IMG/VR virus record: IMGVR_UViG_3300047170_000049 | Span: 32,001 to 96,000 of that record | Source of the DNA: a virus | Direction: 5' to 3' (one strand) | DNA: 64,000 bases | Position numbers and translations under genes: made by a program | The notes under the pieces: model-generated | Seen by the model: only the letters and a program-made list of their open reading frames with translations | Databases searched by the model: none | Told to the model about the DNA's origin: nothing | Part shown: piece after piece, positions 9,826 to 18,404 of the stretch | Position numbering within the stretch: the stretch's first letter is position 1 | How the letters are laid out: every line of letters begins with the position of its first letter

Positions 9826-10077
9826 ATGATTTTATTAAAGTGCATATCCGAATGCAACATCGGAAAAGAAGCTAAGAATGGGGACTGGAAGGTAGAGATG
9901 ACCTTTCACCCTGGTCAATACTATAATGCAGTTGGCCAAGGTAATACAAGTTTTAATGGCCGTTATTACGCCTTTAAAATCAAAGGTAAGGTGGTTAGGA
10001 TAATGTCAGATAACTTTGAGCCCTTAGAGGATAAGGAAGTAGCCCATTTAGCACAATTATTATTCACTGAGGATTGA
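9826..10077 (+). CDS. small beta-barrel-like protein, LxxLLF family
   Basis: Ends KEVAHLAQLLFTED*; ATG 9826 preferred over GTG 9790. Confidence 0.55.
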   Translation: MILLKCISECNIGKEAKNGDWKVEMTFHPGQYYNAVGQGNTSFNGRYYAFKIKGKVVRIMSDNFEPLEDKEVAHLAQLLFTED

Positions 10078-10102
10078 CTTTCCCGTATTAGTTTGTTATC
10101 CT
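10074..10102 (+). promoter_or_regulatory. sigma70-type promoter
   Basis: TTGACT-17-TATCCT with extended -10 TG. Confidence 0.55.
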
Positions 10103-10128
10103 GTAAGAGTAATAACTAAGGGGGTTTT

Positions 10129-10395
10129 ATGAAAACAATCGAGATGGCTCAAAAAAACGGTGTGTACGTCCCAAATGGTACGGTAGCCAATGAAAGCCGT
10201 AACTATGGCCCCTACACCCAGTTCGCCACTCCCAAACAAACCCCTAAAAACACGAAATTAGGGATTAGTTGGTATTTAAAAGAATTTTTCAAAGGTATGC
10301 TGTTTGGCTCTTTCTTCTCCTTCCTTTTTGGTGGGATTTTTGCTGGTGGCCTAATGGTGATTCCAGTGGTTATTAACAACAAGGATAAGAAATGA
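10129..10395 (+). CDS. small membrane protein
   Basis: C-terminal hydrophobic segment; RBS GGGGG. Confidence 0.55.
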   Translation: MKTIEMAQKNGVYVPNGTVANESRNYGPYTQFATPKQTPKNTKLGISWYLKEFFKGMLFGSFFSFLFGGIFAGGLMVIPVVINNKDKK

Positions 10396-10634
10396 ACATT
10401 CTTGATGAACTTAAAGACAAGATTACTGAAGTGCAGACCATCACGGTGGGGACGGATGAAATTCTTGTAATAAAACTCAGACATGACGAGGTATCTCAAG
10501 AGGAAATAAATAAAGTTCATAAAGTTTTTGAAGCCAAACTTCCTAAAACAAAGGTGTTGATTTGCGATGATTTATTTCAGTTCATTAAAATCTCTAATGA
10601 CGAGTTAAAACTCATTGACCTATTGAAGGGGTGA
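10392..10634 (+). CDS. hypothetical protein (weak LxxLL C-terminus)
   Basis: ATGA overlap; ends DELKLIDLLKG*. Confidence 0.55.
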   Translation: MNILDELKDKITEVQTITVGTDEILVIKLRHDEVSQEEINKVHKVFEAKLPKTKVLICDDLFQFIKISNDELKLIDLLKG

Positions 10635-10924
10635 ACATGGTTAAGTTCTTCAAAAATCTTTTCAAACGTAAGCCTAAATTCCAAATCTCTGACCGCTTTG
10701 CAGCCTTAATTTTTGAAGTAGCTACAGGCAACAAGGCAATGATTGCACCTGCCATTTTGGTTCACCGTGCCTATCTTAAAGAATATGGCGATAAGTACAA
10801 AAAGACCAATGAATACTTCTACATGAGCGAAGTTGATAATGTCATTCCCGACTACATCTTCAAAGCTGATGTGCGCCGTAAACTTCTTCAAAAATATGGT
10901 TCAAACGCACAAAGAAATTTTTAA
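10631..10924 (+). CDS. hypothetical protein
   Basis: Coupled ORF in operon. Confidence 0.5.
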   Translation: MNMVKFFKNLFKRKPKFQISDRFAALIFEVATGNKAMIAPAILVHRAYLKEYGDKYKKTNEYFYMSEVDNVIPDYIFKADVRRKLLQKYGSNAQRNF

Positions 10925-10981
10925 AAAATAGCCACTTTTGTGATATTAACTGAATGAGAAACAATCACAAAGGAGCTATGA

Positions 10982-11647
10982 ATGATTCCCAGTAAATTCC
11001 CTAAAGCATTAGTTGTAGAGATTGAAGGGCTTGATGGCTCTGGCAAGACCACGGGTTTAAAATACCTAGTGGAGCAACTGACCGCTAAAGGCTTTAAAGT
11101 CTTATCTACCCGCGAAGTTGGCAGTACCCATATTCCAGTGTGCGCTGACCTAAGAAAAATTGTCTTAAACCCTGAACTGACCTTGGATGGGACGACCATG
11201 GAATTCATCTTCGCAGCAATGCGTATTGAAAACCAAAAGTTCTATAAGTCAGTTGAAGAAGAGTATGATTTCATCATCTCTGACCGTGGATGGCTCAGTC
11301 ACCTTGCTTATACAGACCAAAACGTGAGTAATGAATTCACCCAAGCCTTCTACAAAGGCATTGTAGCTCCGCTAACCAAATTACCTGACAAGATTCTTTA
11401 TTTTGACATTGCACCTGCTACAGCTTTTGAGCGTATGCAAAAACGCGGTGAACTGCCTGATTCCATTGAGAAAAAAGGCGCTGTGTTTATGGAACGCGTG
11501 GCTAAGAGCTTTAAATCTCACATGATGAGCTACGGAGTATTTAGCCGTATTAGCCATGTTGATGCCAATAAGACTTTAGCAGAAGTTCAAACAGAACTGG
11601 ACGGGCACATTGAAGCTCTAGTTAAAGCCCGTGACGAAAAAGAGTAA
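10982..11647 (+). CDS. tmk: thymidylate (dTMP) kinase
   Basis: EGLDGSGKTT P-loop, TREVG, ISDR, LPD motifs. Confidence 0.9.
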   Translation: MIPSKFPKALVVEIEGLDGSGKTTGLKYLVEQLTAKGFKVLSTREVGSTHIPVCADLRKIVLNPELTLDGTTMEFIFAAMRIENQKFYKSVEEEYDFIISDRGWLSHLAYTDQNVSNEFTQAFYKGIVAPLTKLPDKILYFDIAPATAFERMQKRGELPDSIEKKGAVFMERVAKSFKSHMMSYGVFSRISHVDANKTLAEVQTELDGHIEALVKARDEKE

Positions 11648-11882
11648 GGTAATATTTTACATTGGTTTATTTCTAGTGGGCCTATCCATTGAAAGAGCGT
11701 GGGATGCCCACTTAGAGTATTGTTTAAAACTGAATTGGGTTACGGCACGAAATGCTTATCTCACTAGCTGCATTCAAGCGGTTAAAGACTTGCCTCTTAA
11801 AGGCCAGAACAAGAATTTAATCATTCGTGGCTATTGTAATAAAATGACCGATTCATACTTGGAATGGATTTATGGGAAATAA
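11631..11882 (+). CDS. small membrane/secreted protein
   Basis: N-terminal hydrophobic helix. Confidence 0.5.
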   Translation: MTKKSKVIFYIGLFLVGLSIERAWDAHLEYCLKLNWVTARNAYLTSCIQAVKDLPLKGQNKNLIIRGYCNKMTDSYLEWIYGK

Positions 11883-12645
11883 GAACTGGGCAGATTACTT
11901 TGATGTCAATAGTTTATTAACCCAAAAAGGTGGTGATGGTGGAGATACCCCCTCACATGAAGGGTTAGCTTGGTTGGCCGCTCACTTTGGTGGTAACTTT
12001 CCATCTCCATTAGGTTATGGTAATTTCATTTACGAAGTATCGCCAAATGAAAAGTTAATTCGTAACCCAATTACATACAACAACCCTAACGATACTTCTA
12101 GAGACCAATACCGTGCCGTTGTTGTGGCAGACTTCTTTCAAAACCCACACGGCTTGTTTTCGCAGGATTTTTATAAAAATCTACCCAAAAACTTCCTAGG
12201 ATGGGCTCATTACCCCAATGGTGATGTGTTTAATCCACAAGATTACGTCTTGTTTCACCCAAATGCAAATTATGCTTGGAAGCTCCTCAGTGATGTAATG
12301 GCGCTCTTTGGCGTACTCACTTTGGTGTGCTGGACAACTCGTAAGCCTGGGTTTATCACTAAAGCCCTTGGTAAGCTATGGTGGCCCTTCATTGCAATGA
12401 ATCCACCTAATAATCAAGGTGTTCAAGGGTCTTTGCGTGGCCCCGATTACACATCAGATGATTTAGGTACGATTGAAACGCTGTTGTATTCAAAATACAA
12501 CGGTACATTCTTAAATAAACTTAACAGATGGATTTATAGAACCTTTCGACCTAATGGTGTTCAATGGGCTTTAGATTCTTACTTTGCAGAAGACATTGCA
12601 CCACCAATTAACGAAATCTCTCAAGGCATGGTGAAAGAATTATGA
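11872..12645 (+). CDS. hypothetical protein
   Basis: 257-aa coupled ORF with one hydrophobic segment. Confidence 0.6.
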   Translation: MGNKNWADYFDVNSLLTQKGGDGGDTPSHEGLAWLAAHFGGNFPSPLGYGNFIYEVSPNEKLIRNPITYNNPNDTSRDQYRAVVVADFFQNPHGLFSQDFYKNLPKNFLGWAHYPNGDVFNPQDYVLFHPNANYAWKLLSDVMALFGVLTLVCWTTRKPGFITKALGKLWWPFIAMNPPNNQGVQGSLRGPDYTSDDLGTIETLLYSKYNGTFLNKLNRWIYRTFRPNGVQWALDSYFAEDIAPPINEISQGMVKEL

Positions 12646-13202
12646 TTAAATTTATTGGACTGGATTGCGAAACAGGTGGTTTTGCTGGGACGAGCTTACT
12701 TAGCTTCTTCTTTGGTATTTACGACGAAAACTATCAGCTATTGGACGGCCTGGAACTATTCGTCAAGCCTAAAGATGGTATCTATCACGTTACCGCTGAA
12801 GCTTTGGGTATTAACGGCATTAACCTCATTAATCACGATAAGGTCGCCGTAACCTACGAAGCTGGTGGTAAGCTTTTATGGGACTTTCTTGTCAAACACT
12901 CAGACAATGGAAAGAATAAGTTACTACCCTTAGGGCACAATGTTTATTTTGATATTCAGCGTCTTACCCCTGACTTGATGACCAAGAAGACATGGAATAT
13001 GTTCGTAAGTTACCGATTGGTAGACTTAGGCGGGATAGTAACCGCATTGAAGTTAGCAGGTAAGTTGCCTCATTCCATATCTGGAAGCTTAGGTTCAATT
13101 TGTAAGCACTTTGGGGTTCAATTAACCAATGCCCACGATGCCAAGGCCGATGTTACGGCTACCGTAGAATGTGTCAAACATTGTGTGGAGTTGATGAAGT
13201 GA
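12642..13202 (+). CDS. DEDDh 3'-5' exonuclease (DnaQ-like)
   Basis: LDCETGG, GHNVYFD, HDAKADV motifs. Confidence 0.85.
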   Translation: MIKFIGLDCETGGFAGTSLLSFFFGIYDENYQLLDGLELFVKPKDGIYHVTAEALGINGINLINHDKVAVTYEAGGKLLWDFLVKHSDNGKNKLLPLGHNVYFDIQRLTPDLMTKKTWNMFVSYRLVDLGGIVTALKLAGKLPHSISGSLGSICKHFGVQLTNAHDAKADVTATVECVKHCVELMK

Positions 13203-13360
13203 GTGAAATTGCTGAATGGGTGCTAGCCCAGATGCACGAACCATGCGAATTTTGCGGGTTACATCATATTACCCCAGAAGATGAGCGCCAATGTGAAGAA
13301 CTCATGGAAGAAATGTTCAATAAGAAATTGGCTAAAGTAATTGAAGAACTAAACCGATAG
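13199..13360 (+). CDS. small CxxC protein
   Basis: GTGA overlap; PCEFCG. Confidence 0.4.
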   Translation: MSEIAEWVLAQMHEPCEFCGLHHITPEDERQCEELMEEMFNKKLAKVIEELNR

Positions 13361-13367
13361 AGGTCGT

Positions 13368-13748
13368 ATGAGCTATCCCACGGAATGCAAACATTGCAAA
13401 AAGTATCAATGGCCCGATAAATATTGCTGCAAAGCAAACTTTCGTGACCGCACGGATAACTCAGTTTTGATTGACGTTAAACCCATTCGTTACAACCACG
13501 AATCTGTCTACTTCGTGCCCGTGTTCCAAAAAAACTTTAAAGACGATGGTACGCCCGAGTACAGCCCTACATTTACTTATTCTTTTGAACTTTGCACCAG
13601 TGATGAACAAATGGCCTGGAGCTTTGAACCTGATTATGTGCTGGTACTTAAGGGCACGTTTGATGCGACCACTCAACCATTTATAATCAAAGGGGACGAA
13701 GATGATAAGTCTGTTGTTCAAACTCCTGGCGGGACATGCGTTAGCTGA
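13368..13748 (+). CDS. hypothetical protein with N-terminal CxxC
   Basis: RBS GAGG; CKHC...CC. Confidence 0.55.
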   Translation: MSYPTECKHCKKYQWPDKYCCKANFRDRTDNSVLIDVKPIRYNHESVYFVPVFQKNFKDDGTPEYSPTFTYSFELCTSDEQMAWSFEPDYVLVLKGTFDATTQPFIIKGDEDDKSVVQTPGGTCVS

Positions 13749-14055
13749 TTTCGCCCTACAAAGCGACTTTATCGCTAATAATAAGAATCGCCATTCTATA
13801 CCCAAGGGTTACAACCCAGACCTTCATGGTCCAATGCAAACCATCTGGCCATACGTTCTGACCTCCCATGCCTTAATTCACGGCCTAATGGTGTTCCTGG
13901 CCACGGGAAGCACTACCCTGGGATTAATCGAGACTGGTGCTCATTGGGTGATTGATTTTGGGAAATGTGAAAAATGGTATGGAATTCACACGGACCAGTG
14001 GTTACACATTGGTTTTAAAGTCGCTTATGTGTTATTCTTAGGACTACATGGATAA
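13702..14055 (+). CDS. DUF3307-like membrane protein
   Basis: GHALADFALQ, HALIH, HWVIDFGK, DQWLH motifs. Confidence 0.75.
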   Translation: MISLLFKLLAGHALADFALQSDFIANNKNRHSIPKGYNPDLHGPMQTIWPYVLTSHALIHGLMVFLATGSTTLGLIETGAHWVIDFGKCEKWYGIHTDQWLHIGFKVAYVLFLGLHG

Positions 14056-14347
14056 TTACGACCAGCGTATTGAAGAATTTAAGGCTAGAATCGCCGTAGA
14101 GCCTGAGTGGTGCGAGGAACTGTTCCGTTACGCTACCATAAGGCTATTAGCGGCAAAATATGCGTATTATGTATTGAATGACCCCTATCAATCTGACATA
14201 GCCTACGACCTAGATGAAAAAGGCTGGTATGTTATGGGTAGAGCGTTGGGGCACTTGAAAGAAGACGATACCTCACCTTGTGTCGATTGGAATGAAAATC
14301 ACCCATTAGCCGCTGAAGCTATTGCTTTGGCAAAGGAATTAGTATGA
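14048..14347 (+). CDS. stand-alone NAD+-dependent DNA ligase domain Ia (Nlig-Ia)-like protein
   Basis: AKYAYYVLNDPYQSDIAYD matches the YY-x-D-P-x-SD-x-YD motif of LigA subdomain Ia. Confidence 0.7.
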   Translation: MDNYDQRIEEFKARIAVEPEWCEELFRYATIRLLAAKYAYYVLNDPYQSDIAYDLDEKGWYVMGRALGHLKEDDTSPCVDWNENHPLAAEAIALAKELV

Positions 14348-14565
14348 CCGATTTATTTTGGATTGTGTGGGCTGGAATTTCACTTTTTAACGTAATGTTG
14401 GTGGGGCACGAATATGCTTCACAGATTAGACGTGATGGTGAGGTTGTTGGGTTTAAGTGTGTTGCAGGGGTTTTATTTGCCCCGTTCTTTTTGGCTTTCA
14501 CGATAGGCTACCGCATCAAAAAATTCCCTAAATTCAAAGTTTCTATTCAAAAGGACAACACATGA
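14344..14565 (+). CDS. small membrane protein
   Basis: Two hydrophobic segments. Confidence 0.5.
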   Translation: MTDLFWIVWAGISLFNVMLVGHEYASQIRRDGEVVGFKCVAGVLFAPFFLAFTIGYRIKKFPKFKVSIQKDNT

Positions 14566-15134
14566 AAACTTGGTTCACTAGCGATACCCACTTTGGCCAC
14601 TTGAACGTCATTAATTATTGCAAACGCCCATTCACTGGCATTGAGCATATGAATGCAGAGATGGTGCGTCTTTGGAATGAGACTGTGGCTCCTGAAGATA
14701 CCGTTTACTTTCTGGGTGATTTTTCACTGGGCAAACAAGCGGTGGTAGAGATTTTACCTAAGCTCAATGGCATAAAACACTTGATTGCGGGTAACCACGA
14801 CCGTTGTCACCCAGCACACGCCAAGAAAGAAGCTAAGATTGCAGCTATGACCCAGTGGTACTTGGAAATGGGCTTTGCGACCGTTCAATTGGAACTTAAG
14901 ATTAATATTGCAGGCCACTCAGTGAAACTTCACCACATGCCCTATAGCGGTGACCATACGGAGATGGAACGCTATGGTAAGTACCGTCCTAAGAATGAAG
15001 GCGACTGGCTTCTTTGCGGTCACGTCCACGACCTTTTCAAGATTAAGGGTAAGCAAATTAACGTAGGCGTTGATGTTTGGGACTTTAAACCCGTAAGCTC
15101 AGAACAAATTGCAGAGATTATTAATGGAGCATAA
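14562..15134 (+). CDS. calcineurin-like metallophosphoesterase
   Basis: SDTHFGH, LGDF, GNHD, HHMP, GHVH, NVGVD. Confidence 0.9.
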   Translation: MKTWFTSDTHFGHLNVINYCKRPFTGIEHMNAEMVRLWNETVAPEDTVYFLGDFSLGKQAVVEILPKLNGIKHLIAGNHDRCHPAHAKKEAKIAAMTQWYLEMGFATVQLELKINIAGHSVKLHHMPYSGDHTEMERYGKYRPKNEGDWLLCGHVHDLFKIKGKQINVGVDVWDFKPVSSEQIAEIINGA

Positions 15135-15477
15135 AAAAGGCGATGTCTTTTGGATGCGAAGGAAATCTGCCATTGGTGGCGCGCCTAAGAATTTCATGCG
15201 CATTATCCAGCTAGACGGCAATCCAAGACTGACAAATTTAGCTCAATACGACAGTGAGTATCTTTACAACATAGTGCATTTACGGCATTACTCAAATAAT
15301 CCACATAGAGTCAAAAAGGTAGCTTCAGAACATGATTTGGATTCTTTTTGGATTAAAATGAGCGATGACGAAGCATATTTGGCAAAATTATTATTTCAAG
15401 TTTTAGACTTTAAAGAGTATGAAGAGACTTCAAGAATTAGGGCTGGTCAATTTTTAAAAAAGATAGGGGTAATATGA
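15109..15477 (+). CDS. SH3-like protein with internal LxxLLF motif (probable start ATG 15124)
   Basis: KKGDVFW; DEAYLAKLLFQ. Confidence 0.55.
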   Translation: MQRLLMEHKKGDVFWMRRKSAIGGAPKNFMRIIQLDGNPRLTNLAQYDSEYLYNIVHLRHYSNNPHRVKKVASEHDLDSFWIKMSDDEAYLAKLLFQVLDFKEYEETSRIRAGQFLKKIGVI

Positions 15478-15710
15478 ACATTTATTTCAAATACTGGCTT
15501 CCTAAAGACGTTGATGTAGAAGTAATGGAATGGTACGGTATTCGTTTTGGTAGGCATTCAAAAAGTCACAATTATAATGCCTGGGACCTGAATATTGTCA
15601 TTCCAGGTAAAGGTGTATACGAATTAACGATAACAGATAACCATGCGAAATTTCTCAAGGAATGGGGGAAAGACTTTAAAATTGTGGTTGATTGGCAATT
15701 ATTCCCTTAA
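15474..15710 (+). CDS. hypothetical protein
   Basis: Coupled ORF, RBS GGGG. Confidence 0.55.
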   Translation: MNIYFKYWLPKDVDVEVMEWYGIRFGRHSKSHNYNAWDLNIVIPGKGVYELTITDNHAKFLKEWGKDFKIVVDWQLFP

Positions 15711-15733
15711 GTTTTAAACATAAAAACCGATAG
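15707..15733 (+). promoter_or_regulatory. sigma28/FliA-like promoter
   Basis: TTAA-GTTTT(N15)-ACCGATAG. Confidence 0.55.
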
Positions 15734-15749
15734 AATATATAGAAAGAAG

Positions 15750-15953
15750 GTGATTATGTTAGAGTTTATAGTTAATTATCTTACAGTTGATGCGGTGGCC
15801 TCTTTGTTTGTAGGCGTTATTATCTACGCAAAAAGAAACCAAATCAAATACGCCTTACGCGCTTGGTTGGCCGTTCCTGCAGGTTGTTCACACCCTGAAG
15901 AGATTGAAGCTGATGATGAATTTATTAATGACTATGACAGTGAGGAAGAGTAA
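15750..15953 (+). CDS. small membrane protein with acidic tail
   Basis: Hydrophobic N-terminus, RBS AAGGTG. Confidence 0.5.
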   Translation: MIMLEFIVNYLTVDAVASLFVGVIIYAKRNQIKYALRAWLAVPAGCSHPEEIEADDEFINDYDSEEE

Positions 15954-16114
15954 TGTGCAATTGTTCTGGACCCTGCCGATGCAGTGAAAAGAATGAAAAA
16001 TTAAAGGCAGAACTTGAAGCCTTTAAGCTAAATAACACCATTGACGAGCTTATTAAAGAATTGCAAAGCCTCAAGCTAGAGGTCAAGGAGTTGAAACGTG
16101 AGCCATCAAACTAA
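15953..16114 (+). CDS. small Cys-rich/coiled-coil protein (53 aa, not in ORF track)
   Basis: TAATG overlap; MCNCSGPCRCSEKNEKLKAELEAF... Confidence 0.45.
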   Translation: MCNCSGPCRCSEKNEKLKAELEAFKLNNTIDELIKELQSLKLEVKELKREPSN

Positions 16115-16391
16115 AGGTCCATGGTTTGTAAATGCTGAAGACGGTGCGGATTTCACCGCCATATCCACTAATCCAAATGGCGATGGCAGTATAGAATTTG
16201 AAAAGGAAGTATTAGGCGCTTCCGAATGGTTGAGAGTCAAGCCTGAAGATTTGCGATTGATGGCAGCGGGGCCTGAACTTTTGGAAGCCGCGAAATTAGC
16301 ATTAGACATTGCCGTTGCTGGACAATTCCGTGTTCTTGAAAAAACTCTAAGGGCAGCTATTAAAAAGGCAGAAGGTGATGAAGGTAGGTAA
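16098..16391 (+). CDS. hypothetical phage protein
   Basis: TKGPW...LMAAGPELLEA motif typical of small phage proteins; RBS AGGAG. Confidence 0.65.
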   Translation: MSHQTKGPWFVNAEDGADFTAISTNPNGDGSIEFEKEVLGASEWLRVKPEDLRLMAAGPELLEAAKLALDIAVAGQFRVLEKTLRAAIKKAEGDEGR

Positions 16392-16521
16392 AATCATCAC
16401 CTTTACAATTTATGATGGTAGCCGAGTCCATGCCGTCATAACGAAAATACATGACAATGGCAACGTAGAGATTGCCAATGGCACTATATTGATTCTGACA
16501 GGTTCTGAAGAATTTACTTAA
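16378..16521 (+). CDS. small hypothetical protein (47 aa, not in ORF track)
   Basis: MKVGKIITFTIYDGSRVHAVITK...; fills gap. Confidence 0.4.
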   Translation: MKVGKIITFTIYDGSRVHAVITKIHDNGNVEIANGTILILTGSEEFT

Positions 16522-16527
16522 AAATAC

Positions 16528-16554
16528 TAAAGTTTTAAAAACAGATGCCGAATA
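16528..16554 (+). promoter_or_regulatory. sigma28/FliA-like promoter
   Basis: TAAA-GTTTTAAAAACAGAT(15)-GCCGAATA. Confidence 0.7.
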
Positions 16555-16578
16555 GTAGTATGTAACAAGGAGAAACAT

Positions 16579-17142
16579 ATGAAATTCAGTATCAAAGACC
16601 CAAATCGCCTGAACTACTTCCGCTGCATGGACTGTCTGTCCACGATGACTTCTTACGAAACCCCAGTAATGTGCGCTTGTGATGGTTTACTTGTACCGAT
16701 GGGTCAGGTTTACGACAAGCATTACGGTGAAGAAGTTGTGCGCCCTGCTTGTGACGGACGTTGCACCCACTCCGCTGGCCCGATTTGCACATGCAAATGT
16801 GGTGGTGCCAATCATGGTACTGGCAAATTAGTCAAAACCGTGGTAATTAATGGTGTGGTTAAAGTAACTGAAGTTGACGCAGATGCTCATAAACGTGCTC
16901 AAGAATGGCGTGAAGCTTTTAACGCTGCCCGTGACCGTTTTGAAAAACACCTGGCCGCTCCTTTCAATGAGATGGTAGCAAACCAAGGCAAGGTTAACAA
17001 TGTTCAATTTTGGACCATTCGCCGCGCCTATAGCAGTGGCAAGTTCCACTTAAGCAAAATATCTCAAATGAAAGTACACAAGGCACGCATGGAGGCAGCA
17101 AAAACTGCCTTCCCCGTTCCTTTGGAGGTTGTCAATGAGTAA
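16579..17142 (+). CDS. Cys-rich Zn-binding protein
   Basis: CMDC, CAC, CDGRC...CTCKCGGANHG; RBS AGGAG. Confidence 0.7.
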   Translation: MKFSIKDPNRLNYFRCMDCLSTMTSYETPVMCACDGLLVPMGQVYDKHYGEEVVRPACDGRCTHSAGPICTCKCGGANHGTGKLVKTVVINGVVKVTEVDADAHKRAQEWREAFNAARDRFEKHLAAPFNEMVANQGKVNNVQFWTIRRAYSSGKFHLSKISQMKVHKARMEAAKTAFPVPLEVVNE

Positions 17143-17368
17143 TGTAGCGTTTAGAAGGTCAAGAATTAATAGGGTAATTGAAAAGAAAGCTATTAGCGAA
17201 GATGTGTCAGTTAACAAGGGGGATTTGGTTCAAGTTATTAATGTAGGTAAAGGCACCATAAGATGTAAGCCTGTTAAAACCCCTGATTATGTAGTCGATT
17301 TTGAAGTTGCTGATTTAGAGCACTTAACTAAGGAAGAGAACGAATTAGCAAATTTATTGTTTGGATAA
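17129..17368 (+). CDS. SH3-like protein, LxxLLF family (probable start ATG 17135)
   Basis: VNKGDLVQV; ends EENELANLLFG*. Confidence 0.65.
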   Translation: MSMSNVAFRRSRINRVIEKKAISEDVSVNKGDLVQVINVGKGTIRCKPVKTPDYVVDFEVADLEHLTKEENELANLLFG

Positions 17369-17398
17369 AACTAAAGGGCACCTTTCGATGCCCTCTAG
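17367..17398 (-). terminator. intrinsic terminator between convergent units
   Basis: Minus strand CTAGAGGGCATC-GAAA-GGTGCCCTTTAG followed by TTTT. Confidence 0.7.
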
Positions 17399-17441
17399 TG
17401 GGATACTGCCGCCCGATAGCTTGATTTACCGTTCGGCAATT

Positions 17442-17516
17442 TGGTAGCGGGTCTAGGAGTCTAACCTAGCGTGATACGGTTATGAGCCGCACCAGTCCAC
17501 ACGTTCTCTACCCGCG
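17442..17516 (-). tRNA. tRNA-Met(CAT), initiator-like, atypical D arm and T loop
   Basis: CGCGGGT/ACCCGCT acceptor with C1:U72 mismatch, anticodon arm TGCGG-CTCATAA-CCGTA, T arm CTAGG-TTAGACT-CCTAG, encoded ACCA end. Confidence 0.8.
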
Positions 17517-17522
17517 AAATAA

Positions 17523-18308
17523 TTAACGTCTAACAGTCCAAAAGTCTGAAGCAAGGTCATCGCTTGAGATGTAAGCGTATGGCATAAAAAAGTATCCACG
17601 AACACCCCAGTCAGGTCCCCAACTATTACGAATCTTCATCATTTGAGTTTTATCATCGTAACCTACGCACATAACTGCATGACCACCTTCTGGTGCGTCA
17701 TCGCCTGAAGGCATTGCAAGAATACCGTCTTTAGCCATTTGCTCAGATTCCATTTGTGAATAAACGGTGAATCCAAATACGAATGGGAATCCAGCGGCCA
17801 AACAATGCTTCATATCGTCCAAAGATTCTAAACGAAGGTATTGGCTAATCTTATGCGTAGCAGCTTGAGTGAAAGATTCTTGCGTTGGTTTATGATAAAG
17901 GTTGTTTGGATTGTAGGGCCAAACTAATTCGGTGCAAGCTCCAATAGAAGCTAAAGTTTTAATACCGTCACGAAGTTGAGCGCCACCGTCTTGATGTGGG
18001 TCACCTTCTAAAACTCGTTCATTCCAGTAAATGAATAAACGGCTTACATGCTCAAACTTAGCATCGAACTCTTCAGGAGCGTTAGTTTGACTAGCTTTCA
18101 TTTCAGCTAATTCCAAGAATTCAAGATTACCAGCTAAAGAGTTGGCGGTACATGAACCGATTTGGCCTTGGTCGAAAACAGGTGAGCATAGTGGCTCTAA
18201 ATCGACTGAAGCAGGTAACGCTGCAGGTGCTACATCAGCAAGTCTTAAAGTTTTATATTTCTTATCTCTATGGTCAGGTAGGTCTGGGTTCCAATTATAT
18301 TTTTTCAT
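17523..18308 (-). CDS. papain-family (C1) cysteine peptidase
   Basis: QGQIGSCTANS, GGHAV, IRNSWG catalytic motifs; start MKKYNW after AGGAAAG. Confidence 0.9.
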   Translation of the reverse strand: MKKYNWNPDLPDHRDKKYKTLRLADVAPAALPASVDLEPLCSPVFDQGQIGSCTANSLAGNLEFLELAEMKASQTNAPEEFDAKFEHVSRLFIYWNERVLEGDPHQDGGAQLRDGIKTLASIGACTELVWPYNPNNLYHKPTQESFTQAATHKISQYLRLESLDDMKHCLAAGFPFVFGFTVYSQMESEQMAKDGILAMPSGDDAPEGGHAVMCVGYDDKTQMMKIRNSWGPDWGVRGYFFMPYAYISSDDLASDFWTVRR

Positions 18309-18325
18309 GGTCTTTCCTTTCAAGT

Positions 18326-18351
18326 AAAAGGCCAGTATCTCTACTGGCCTT
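18326..18351 (-). terminator. intrinsic terminator after tail tube gene
   Basis: AAGGCCAGTA-GAGA-TACTGGCCTT followed by TTACTT. Confidence 0.7.
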
Positions 18352-18404
18352 CGGACCCCTCAGTTATTTCACATTCGGGGGATTCATCATCGGGTGTTTA
18401 GAGA

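Noticed and set aside
18330-18404. Tail assembly chaperone with programmed frameshift after tube gene
   Set aside because: A terminator and a peptidase gene follow; no chaperone ORF pair
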